Shown here: positions 36,502 to 47,400 of the stretch, in pieces
How positions within the stretch are numbered: position 1 is the first letter of the stretch
Layout: the number at the start of each line of letters is the position of its first letter
Origin: Phyllosticta citribraziliensis
Lineage: Eukaryota
Reading direction: 5' to 3'
Assembly: GCF_038025025.1 (NCBI RefSeq)
Contig: NW_027117340.1
Location: 1,922,001 to 1,986,000 of the forward strand
DNA: 64,000 nucleotides
Program-made: the position numbers and the translations under genes
The notes under the pieces: generated by a model
What the model was told of the DNA's origin: nothing
Databases searched by the model: none
Seen by the model: the letters and a program-made list of their open reading frames with translations, nothing else

Positions 36502-39448
36502 ATGCCACTCTTTTTCTCCAGCATCGCTGTGGCGCTGCTTTTCCTTTTCCCCAACTCGCTTGCTCTCCCACACCAAGCCGTGAATGATTTGCGGCCAAGA
36601 CAGACAGCTTCGGCCCCTGCCGGAGCATCAAGCTCCACGGCCGATCAATTGATTGAAGATATTGAGCGCCTGAACCAGACTCTGGTAAATACGAATCAGG
36701 CACTTTGGGTGGATAGAAGACTAAAGCAACACAGACCGACCTCCCAGAAGACGCCTACAATTTCTTGAATGAAGTAGGCGACAAGGTAGAAGCGCTGGAG
36801 AGTTTGTTTGCAAGCCTCCTCGGCATCTCCACATCTGCGAGATCCTCAGCGGCATACGCAACGCCAAGTCCATCTGCTTCTGCATCCCGGAGCGTCTTCA
36901 ACTCTTCCTCACCTGTGCTTACTCCGGCCATCCCCACCAACGAGCCGTTTCTCACCATACTGCCTATCCTTGAGTCGCTTATACCGACCCTCACTCCGAC
37001 GCCAGGGAACAGCACCATCTCTCCTCTCAACACTTCACTGCCAGTTGTGCCTTCGGTAAATAGCACTTCGACCCCAGTCACAAGCTTTTTGGTACCTTCG
37101 GCTCCATCGTATCAAACGCCAAACATTACATCAACGCCACTGGTGTCTACACCGACAGCGCTGAACCTCACTACGCCTTCAATTCTGACACCGACCCCCT
37201 CTTTGGCGAACGTTACGACGCCGGTGGTTTCCTTGCCAGTTGCGTCCAACGTTACTACACCTTCGCTGGCTCCTTTGATTCCCAGTCCATCCTTGGTGAA
37301 TCTCACGACGCCAGTAGTTTCCTATCCGGCACCATCCAACGTTACTACACCTTCGCTGGCTCCCTTGATTCCCAGTCCGTCCCTGGCGAACTTCACAACG
37401 CCAGTGGTTTCCTATCCGACACCATCTAACGTTACTACGCCCTCGCTCGCTCCCAGCCCTTCGTCGGTAAACGGCACAGCACCACTGGCTTCCTACGCTG
37501 CTCCATCAAACATTACAACGCCTTCGATGGCCCCTATAATTCCCAGCCCATCCTTGGCAAACGTCACGACACCGCTGGTTTTGCCCACGCCTTCCAACGT
37601 CACTGCGCCCGTGGTCTCACCTGCAGTGCCCAGCACAACACTGGGCTCTCTGAGCACAGGAGCCCCCCTCAGTCCAAGCTCGTTTTCGAGCGCTCCCTAC
37701 TCCAATATTACCAGTCACGTGATTCCACCGTATCAAGCTCCCACGTTCAGCTACGCCCCCCTGACCCCTGACTCGACAAGCGTTGGAACAGTTAGTTATT
37801 CCTCCCTTTTGCCTCCTCTGGTCCCATCCCTGGCCCCACTTTCTTCAAACAGTATCAGTCAACTTCCCTTGATCCCTGTTCCTACAAGTAGCGATGGCCC
37901 TTTCAGCAACTATCCTCTTCCTTCCCTCCTTCTACCTTCTCCCTCAGTCAATGGATCCATTCTCCATATCCCGACCCGAATGCCAATTCCACTCTCTGCC
38001 CTCTCGGCTCTCAATGCTAGCTTGGCAACCCGGACTGCCAACGTGAGCTATGCCACCCCCATCATTTCTACCTCTCTTCTGTCATCTCTAGTCACCTCCG
38101 TCCTTGGAGGCTCAGTCACTACAGTCTATCTTTCAGTAAGCTAAAGGCTGCATTTCCAATCCTCCATTTCTTTATTAATTCCTTTACATCAGACCGAGAC
38201 CCTCACAACGACAGTATGGGTGTCGCCAACCCCGTTGGCATCTCCACCCTACCGAAACTCGACGAGTGAGGAACGCTCGCTCGCCTTGGAGGACGTTTGA
38301 CTGACTTTTCGCAGCCCTCTTCAACCCCACTGGTACCAGCTAGAAACGTTTCGTTCGACCCTCTTGCTCGCAACAACATCGCCTTGTACTATAATCCACA
38401 AGAAAACAGCTCGCCCCTTGACCTCGAAAACTTTTGCCGAAATAATTCCAACTTTGACGTCATAAATTTACCCATCATCTCCGGCTTCAATGGCTCTCTT
38501 CCCATCATCACCGATTTTCCAGGCTGCGGCCCTCTGGACGAACTCACTGGCCTCCGCGACTGCACTGAACTTGGATCCAGCATCTCAGCGTGCCAGTCCC
38601 AAGGCAAGAAGGTCCTTATCAGCTTGACTGCCGGCCGCTTCAACCAAAATGGCAACACGACAGCAACACCAACAGACATTGCGCCCAGCGTTAGTTCGCC
38701 TTCGGTCACCGCCCTTGCCTACACTCTCTGGTCCATGTTCAGTGGGCAACGCCTCAACGGCTCGACATTTGCCCCGCAGCCACTCGGTAGCTCCACGGCC
38801 GTCGACGGCTTCGGTATCGAAGACGACCTGGCGCTCGCCTATCCCTTCTACTACACGCTGTCTGTCGAGCTGCGGCGCCTCTTCTCCTCCCCAGCCATCT
38901 CCACTCGCATTTTCCGCGGCGCCACACCTTCGCTGCTGTCGGTTGCGCAACCTTGCGTCCCGCTCACGGCGCAAGCGTCAGCCTCGCTGCCGCTGTTCGA
39001 CCTCGTCTACCTGCGCACGCAGGGCACTGATTGCGCATCGAGCGCCGACGAGCTGCGCGACGCGACCGAGGCCTGGACCAGCGCCTTACAGACAATCAAC
39101 CTCGAGCTGCAGCTACAGGAGGGCGTCGTTCGTGCCAACGAAACCAAAATCTATCTTGGCGACTTGTTGCTGAGCGGTGGTGCGGTTGCCGACGGAGAGG
39201 GTGCATCCTTCAGAGCTGCCAATGGCGTTGGCCCTGGCTCTGTCATCGGCGCTGCTGCGACTGCTGCGCTGGACAAGGCCCAACAAGCTCAATCTGCGGC
39301 GTCCTTCGTGGACAAAATTGACGCGCTGTGGAGCGAAAAGCCGCGCGTGGCCGACTTGGGTGGTGCTGCCGTCTGGGTCGATGGTGCAGATACAGCCGTG
39401 GTGAGCGAGTTCCTCGCAAGCTTGAAGGGCGCCATGACCGTGCCGTGA
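36502..39448 (+). CDS. Secreted Ser/Thr/Pro-rich mucin-like protein with a C-terminal degenerate GH18 (class III chitinase-like) domain
   Basis: Signal peptide MPLFFSSIAVALLFLFPNSLA, then an S/T/P-rich region. GH18-like motifs follow: NIALYY, ISACQSQGKKVLISL, LWSMFSG, PLGSSTAVDGFGIED and LGGAAVW. Joining of the exons into one gene is inferred from splice signals. Confidence 0.75.
37195..37610 (+). repeat. Coding tandem repeat with a 90-bp (30-aa) period: SNVTTPSLAPLIPSPSLxNxTTPVVSYPxP
   Basis: TCCAACGTTACTAC recurs at ~37245, 37335 and 37425 (the last with one mismatch), with further degenerate copies downstream. Confidence 0.9.
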
Positions 39449-40353
39449 TGACGATGGTCACAGCATCGCTTTCGATTCTCTCTTCTTCCCATTTTTTCTT
39501 CTCTCTTCTAACATTTTCATGAAACTTCTTCTTTCGGGTCAGGCGACAGGCGGTGCAAACAAGCAAGCGAGCAAGAGGAGTTGGGATGATTATGCGGTGT
39601 CGCGGCGCTGTTTCTACTGTCTGTTTGTGTACTTGATGTGAAGGTCTCTCTGTCTGTCTTTCCTTACATCTCCATGTCTCTCTCCAACTACTCACCTTCT
39701 CACATCATCATCATAGTCGCTCTTTAATCACTGGTTACGGAAGGGCAGGATTTGGGGGTTCGGAGTCTTCTTTTGCTTCGTCACAACATCTTTACCTATT
39801 TTGGTCCACCACTCTTTCTAATATGATATCCCAATTGTCTTCTTGTACTTCGCGCTGACGCGCTCCCAGTGACTGGTGATTGGCCTTCTGAGCATGCTGC
39901 TCGATTGCAGTCTTCAGACCAACCACTGGCTCTGTCCTGAAACAATTCGTGCCGTAAATATTGCTCGCCTCTTCAGCATCGTCATCCCCTTTTTTCCACT
40001 TCGCCCCCTACTCACGGATCAAGGGGGAATCACACCAGGACCTGGCAACCGGATGACATGCGTCCCCATCACCCGGTCAATCATGTAGACTTTCCCTGGT
40101 AACGGCTTACTGGGGTGTGCAACATGGGAGTGAGGGAGACTTTTTCCTGTTCCTTGCCTCGGCGTCTCCATCTCTCCCTCTTGCTTATTTTTACTCGTCA
40201 CCCTGGCTGTTTACCGGTTGCCCCTTGCGGAGTGTGTCATCTGCTCGCTAACACTATCAATGCAGCCGAGACGCACCTGTGAATAGACATCGGTACATTA
40301 AAGGATTCTCGTATTGAAAGTCGTCTCACCGCTACAGAATAAACATCAACCAA

Positions 40354-42423
40354 TCAATTCACATCCCTCGAATGCTCCAACACGCCCTTCTTTTCCACAA
40401 TGACGTCCGTCTCCCGTGCAGAGCTGTCGATATCAGTCTCCTCGACTGAGGTCTGGTCGTATTGCTCTTTTCCTGCTGCTTGCTTCCGCCAGTACCACCG
40501 CTCCACGAATCCCATGACCAGGGAGCACCAGATGGTCAGCGCGACGACGAAGACGAGAGCCGCTGGGTACCCGTGCGTTTTGCGGTACGTGGGAGCATCG
40601 GACGCGGGGAACATGTATTGCGAGAAGGGCGTGAAAAAGGCGCTGTGAGGTTGTTAGACTAGTTTAATGTGGAAGAATCTCTCCAGCCCAACAAAGTGGA
40701 GCAGAGAGGAAAAATGTTACTCACTTTCCGATAGACATCATCATCGCCATCACAAAGGCGCGAAGCTGATTGTCACCACCGCAAAGACTGTTGACCCATC
40801 CGCTGAGCAGCGGCGAAAAGCAGCCGTACGACCCTTGCATAAAGAAGGCCGCCATCTTGAGCGCCGTGCTGGCCGGCCATACCACGTAGATGACGTAGCA
40901 AAAGACCATGACGGAGCCGACGAACGCCATGACAGGCGCGCGGCTCCCAATCAGGTCGCTTGCCGTGCCGCTGCCGACCATGAAGAAGAAGTTGACAGCG
41001 CCAACAACAGTCGGGATATTGTTGATTTGCGGAACCGAGTAAACGTTGCTGCCATCGGCACGCTTTTCACTCTTGAGCCACAGCGCCATCCATGTTTGCA
41101 CGTTCGTGCCGCAGGTGAGACACCATAAGCTGTAGAAACGGGGTCAGCAGATATCCACAGATTCGGATAGGGGGACCTCTCACCTCCACGCAATGCAAAA
41201 GACATAGAGTTGCCAGCTCTTTGCGATGCGTTTGACTGCATCCCAGTCTAGTTTGCCCCATTCTTCCCTTCCTTCCTCGCGGATACGCTCGCGTGCGCGC
41301 TCTTTCTCCCATTCTGTCAACCAAAACGCCGTTGTCGTCGATGGCGTGTCCGGGAAGAACACCATTCCGTAGATAACGACAGGCATAGCTAAACACGCGT
41401 CGAAAACAAACAGCCACCTCCATGCGCTTAGACCTCCTACTCCGTCCATCCCGGTGTAAAGTCCCGACTGGAGATACCCAGAGAACATTTGGCCGAGCAC
41501 TCCGCTGATGACGAAGAAGGCGGAGCGGCGTCCCAGCTCTGACGCACGGTACCACGAGCCGATCTATGGAGGGTTAGTATCTGAACAAGGACCATTGCGG
41601 GGATTCGTGTAAAAACAGAAGACGGAGTAGCGCGCGGGGAAAAGGGGAAAAGGGTGGGTTTTGCGGAGCCGAGCTGTTCAGGCGCAGACCGAAGGCGAAG
41701 AGGGGAAGAAGAAAAGCATAAGGACTGAAGAGCGGGGAAATAGGAGTGTGGATGTGGCTTCGCAGATCTCCACTCCCGTCCCAGGTTCAATTGCTTGTCG
41801 ATTTAGCCTTTAAGGTTGTTCGGGACAAGCTTTTCTCGGAAAAACAGGCTGCAGCGGTTCTGGCAAGGAAAGACTCGAAAGAAGAGCCACAGGAGACAAA
41901 AGATGAAAAGCAATTTCACTCACCACATAATGTAGCCCTGGAAGAGCTGCAGACTCAAACATGCCGATGAAGAAACGCAAGACGTAAATCTGCCACGCGT
42001 GGTCCGACTTGTAGATGCCTAGGACGAAGAACGACCAGGTAAGCAGACACATTGGAAGCCATATGCGCGGCCGAACCACTGTCAAGATCAGATTCGAGAT
42101 GGGAGCGCCGATGATGTATCCAATGTTGTAATAGGTGGTAAACAGATTAAGTTCATTGCCGTCTGCTTTCAGTCAGCACTTTGCTTGTGCGCATTAGAGC
42201 AGTGATTTGGACACTCACACAATTTAAGCTCTTCCTTCATGCCAGAAACGTATGCGTTGGAGACATTGCCCGTATCCAGGTATTTGATGAAGAAACACAA
42301 GCAGCTGTATGTCAAGATGAAAATGTCCAGCTTGCGAATCAGCCATTTCTCTTCTTTACTCGTGCCCGGCTCGTGCCAGTGAAGCAGCGATGGTCTGGCT
42401 GGCCGAGCTTTGCTGCTAGACAT
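40354..42423 (-). CDS. MFS transporter of the allantoate/pantothenate (Dal5/Fen2/Liz1-like) family; multiple introns, one ~355 nt
   Basis: Motifs EEKWLIRKLDIFILTYSCLCFFIKYLDTGNVSNAYVSGMKEEL, FESAALPGLHY, GQMFSGYLQSG, GGLSAWRWLF and FFPDTP. Confidence 0.92.
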
Positions 42424-42937
42424 GGTGGCGGCTGTGTTTGAGGAAGCGCCGCTGCCGGTGTACTGCAAAAGCGCCGCGGCGACCACACGGCTTCTTCAGC
42501 ATTTTCTAGTGCTACTCTTTTATCGCCACGCTACCTTGGCATTGAAAAGCTGGAGCGTTCGTGTCGTCTGTCGAATGAAAACTCTGGATGGCGCAATCAG
42601 TTCGACGACGGCTCAGTATTCTGTTTTGGTCGGGCAAGAGTGGGGTTTCGGTTGAGATAGGCATGCCGACGCCGGGGCGATGGCCGGACTTTGTTCACAG
42701 CATGACTGGCTATGCGATTTGCCATATTCGCGCAAGTATCTGACATCCAGAAGCTTTGGTGGGTGTTGCGCTCGTCAAAATCCCGAGTTGTGTCGAAAGT
42801 TTGGTGTGTGCCGCCGTTTCCTAGCCCTTGAAAATCCAAGGAACATCAGAAAAACGTGCTCGCCGAAAGTCAAGTAAGTAGGTCGTTTCGGGCGAAAACA
42901 TATCTCAAAATGCTCATTAATCACAGTAGATCGCAAA

Positions 42938-43970
42938 ATGCCAAGGGTCACTCTGAACGGAGCGAATTTCGAATACAGCTTGAAAGGTCCAGAGAACGCA
43001 CCTCTTGTCATCCTTCTCCACGGAGGTCGCGGATTTGGTAAGTTGAATCGGCAACTGCAGACTGAGGAGAGACTCATTCAGACAGGTGACCATCGCTCGG
43101 ACTTTGCCGCATTTCAAGGGCTCTCCAGCGACCATCGAGTTCTCGGATTCGACTTCCGCGGCCATGGATTGAGCTCGTCCACAAAACCGTACACGTTCAA
43201 GCAACTAGTCGATGACATTGAAGCCTTCCGCCAGCATTTTGCCGGCACGGAAAGAGCAATTGTTGCTGGAGGTAGCTTTGGAGGATATCTTGCGCAGCAA
43301 TATGCCATCACATATCCGGAAAAGGTGTCACACCTAATCTTGCGAGGCACAGCTCCATCTCACCACCGTACGTATGCAGCCCTGCTTGTCGAAAGCGCTG
43401 ATTGAGACCGTGCAGATGAAGAAGAGGCCATCGCGACCTTCAAGGCCCGTTTGTACAGAGCCCCAAACGCTTCTTTGGCCATGCTGGAGAAGGTGTTTTC
43501 AAAATTCGAGGATGATGAAGAGTTCCGTTTGATCATGTTTGCTCTGGGACCTCTTTACGTCGAAGAATACAACGCGGATGCTGCACTGAGGAAGAACCGC
43601 AACACCGTCTTCCGGGCGGAAACTCATAGTAAGAGGCTCATGAAGAAGAGATGTTACCGCCGCGCTGACAATGTTTGGTAGACGACCTGTACAGCGAAGG
43701 CGAAAAGTATTTTGATTATCGCAACGACCTGGTCTCGGTCAAGGCCAAGACATTGGTCATAGTAGGAAGCGAGGACTGGATCTGCCCGCCAAGTACGTCG
43801 CAAAATCATGGAAAGAGTCCCAGCTGACGTGCTTGACAGCCCAATCGAGGAGCATTGCGGAGCGCATTCCAAAGGCGCGTTTGGTGGTGGTTCCGGGAGC
43901 AAATCACTCGGTCCAGGCGGAGAAGAACGATGTCTTCATTGGCGAAGTAAGGAAGCTGTTGGCGGCATGA
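42938..43970 (+). CDS. Alpha/beta hydrolase, proline iminopeptidase-like; 5 exons
   Basis: Oxyanion motif LHGGRG, FDFRGHG, nucleophile elbow GGSFGG, acid VGSEDWICP and histidine GANHSV. Confidence 0.9.
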
Positions 43971-43980
43971 TGTGGTACCA

Positions 43981-44156
43981 CAGTGGATATTGAAAGAAAT
44001 GAGGCCTGCTCAGTCTACAGCTGCAGCAACAAACAACTCCCTGTGCGCAATTACGATGGCTCACGACTGCTCACTAAGCGCAACAGTCATAGAGAATGAA
44101 TGCTCCCTACGCGCAGCTGCATCACTGGAATGTCTCATTTCTTTCAAATCCCACTG
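43981..44156. mobile_element. Fold-back element, copy C
   Basis: Inverted repeat CAGTGGATATTGAAAGAAATGAG / CTCATTTCTTTCAAATCCCACTG. The minus-strand core is GCAGCTGCGCGTAGGGAGCATTCATT. Confidence 0.65.
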
Positions 44157-44468
44157 GAGATGGAGTGTGGTGACAGGAACGATGGAAAGAAGGATGGGAA
44201 GTGTTTGGGCGCAACGAACTAGCCGACAGACTACCCGGCGATAAGCCCACTGCTCCGACGTCGGCCGCCGGATCACGCAATCTCAGACCGACCGTGAGCA
44301 ACCACACGCTCTCTCGTAAACTCCACCCAATTCGGCTCGGCAAACGATCCCGATAACGATCATTTCGCCGGCCTTTGCTCTTGGTACCTCGAACGATGGA
44401 GAATTCTGTTGCGTCGCGACGTGGGATGACCACGCCTGATTTTCCATCTCTCCACGTGAAACCTGACA

Positions 44469-47400
44469 ATGGCTGAGAGAGGAATCTCCATTACCATTGG
44501 TGAGCCACTTCTATGCTAATGAAATGGAACAAAAGCTGACCTGAAAGACCGTGGTGGAACATTTTGCGATGTCTGGGCAACGACTGCCGACGGGAGAGAG
44601 TTCGTCTTCAAGCTTTTGTCCGAGGATCCGAGTGCATACAAAGATGCGCCGACAGAGGGCGTCAGAAGAGTACTGGAGCTCGTGACTAGATCATCACTGC
44701 CAAAGAATGAACCAATCGACGGAAGCTTGATCGAGTCAATAAGAGTCGGCACCACCGTTGCAACAAAGTAGGTCAACTTGATGAATTCTCCCCGGAGCCT
44801 GCGTATCCATGCTGACCCAACAGCGCGCTTCTCGAACGCAAGGGAGAAAAGATTGCGTTGCTCACCACAGATGGCTTCAAAGATGTCTGTCGCATTGGAG
44901 ATCAGACGCGACCAAAGCGTAAGGACTGCAGCCATTCAGCCATCTCTTGGGACTCGCACTGACTGCCTTCAGTATTCGAATTGAACATCAAGAAACCTGG
45001 TGCCCTTTACTCAAAAGTCGTCACCATTGATGAAAGAGTTACCGTCGAAGACTATATTCTCAATCCATCTCCAGTGCCCATCGATATCGCGAGTGATCCT
45101 GCCCTGGTCAAAACAACCAGCGGTGAGATTGTGCGAATTCTCAAACCTCTGCAGGATGTGCAGGTAAGAGAGAAGCTGCAGGCTCTGTTTGACGAAGGAT
45201 TCCGGTCCGTGGCTGTTGCTTTTCTTCACTCATATATCTTTCCAGGTTTGTTCCGCGCAGCAGCACCTCAATCACTTCTAACAAAGAGACAGAACACGAA
45301 CGAAAGGTGGCAGAGATTGCTCGCCAAATCGGGTTTGAATTCGTCTCCCTTTCTTCGGATTCTAGCGCAAACATTAAGATTCTGAACCGTGCTACGTCTG
45401 CGTGTGCCGATGCATATCTTTCACCTCACGTAAAGCGCTACGTCGATGGATTCCTCTCTGGCTTCTCAAAACTGCCCAAAAGAGTCGACTTTATGCAGTC
45501 AGATGGCGGTCTTTGCACTGCATCCAAATTTACTGGCTTGAAAGCAATTTTGAGCGGCCCGGCCGGCGGTGTTGTGGCCATAGCCAAGACCTGTTATGAT
45601 CCTTTAGAAGGGAGCTCCGTTATTGGGTTTGACATGGTAAGTTTGAAATCCAGAATCGAACGTACTAGAGCTCACTCTTCTACAGGGTGGAACAAGCACA
45701 GATGTTAGCCGATTCGCCAAGAAATTCGAACATGTCTTTGACACCAACATTAGTGGGACGACCATTACTGCGCCCATGCTTGATGTCCGGACAGTCGCCG
45801 CTGGCGGAGGCTCTATCCTCAGTTGGCGGAATGGATTATTTGTCGTTGGACCAGAAGTAAATCCCCAGACCTCGTTGCAAAATTGTTCCTGACAGTTCGA
45901 AGAGCGCAGGAGCAAACCCAGGTCCAGCCTGTTATCGCAAGGGAGGCCCATTGACTGTAACGGACGCAAATCTCTTCCTTGGTCGACTGCTCCCTGAAAG
46001 GTTTCCGTCGATATTTGGCCCGTCTGGGGACCAGCCTCTGGATGCAGAAATTGTCAAACAAAAATTCCAGGAACTAACTGCGACCATCAACAACTCTTTC
46101 GATAGCGAGGAATTAATGACGCCGGAAGAAGTTGCTTTCGGCTTTTTAGCAATGGCAAACGAAACAATGAGCCGCCCGATTCGGAACATCACAGAAGCAA
46201 GGGGATTCACCATAAGCTCGCATAACCTTGCAAGCTTTGGAGGTGCAGGAGGTCAGCACGCTTGCGCCATCGCTCAAATTCTGGACATTCCCCGAATCAT
46301 CATCCACCGGTTCTCGTCGATCCTCTCTGCCTACGGCATCGGTCTGGCAGATATTGTTGCAGAAACCGCCGCACCATCAGCATGCCGATACTCGGAAGAC
46401 AACTTGAAAGATATTCTCGTCCAGTTTGAGGAATTGAAAGCGAAGACGACAAATGATCTGGTCTCCCAGGATGTCCGCCAAGAGCTCGTAGAGCACGAAT
46501 GCTTCCTGAACATGAGATATGAAGGATCGGACACAAGCCTTTCCATACGTCAGCCAGAGAACGACGACTTTCAGACGTCTTTTGTTGAAACGCATCGTCG
46601 GGAGTTCGCCTTTGAGCTGGCCCGCCCAATCGTGGTCGATTCTATCCGTGTACGCGGTGTCGGCAAGAGCAGAGATCAGGACACACAATCCGCCAGTCTT
46701 TTCCAGGAATTGGAAAAGCTGCAGAGGCTTCCTGCGCCAGAGGTACAAAGTACACAATCGGTCTTCATACAAAATGCCTGGATCGACGTGCCGGTATTCG
46801 AGCTTCCTTTGCTCGACAAAGGAGCTGTCCTGTTTGGGCCGGCCCTCATTGTCGACAATACGCAAACCATTCTCGTCGATCCTGCCTGGAAAGTCACCGT
46901 CCTGCAATCTCACATTCTAATCGATGCTCCTGTTAAGGAAAAGAAGGAATCCGGCGATCAGAAAGGAGTCAGCCCCGTCGAACTGTCCACTTTTGCCAGT
47001 CGTTTCATGAGTATAGCGGAACAAATGGGGAACACGCTCCAGAGGTAAGAGCATCAAGGTGGGTGTCAATGGCACCGCCGGGAACTGCGGCTGCGTCCAC
47101 GGAGCATTCGTTCCCTGCCACGGCGTTCTTTTGACACCCAGTGTACATGTTTCCACTGTAGACCAAAATTACTAATTTTGACCAGGACATCCATCAGCAC
47201 ATCGATCAAGGAAAGATTGGACTTTTCGTGCGCTCTTTTCACACCTGATGGAAAGCTAGTAGCCAACGCACCACACATTCCAGTCCAGTAGGTCACTGAC
47301 TCACAGGAAAATGTCAAACTGCTGACCGAACGTCCAGCCTGGGCTCCATGCAATTTGCGATCCAATACCAGCATCAGCTATGGGATGGTAAACTTGCTCC

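Noticed and set aside
41566..41920. Long MFS-transporter intron as a snoRNA host or hairpin element
   Set aside because: No box C, no convincing stem and no GGAGCATTC core; it is mostly pyrimidine-rich sequence.
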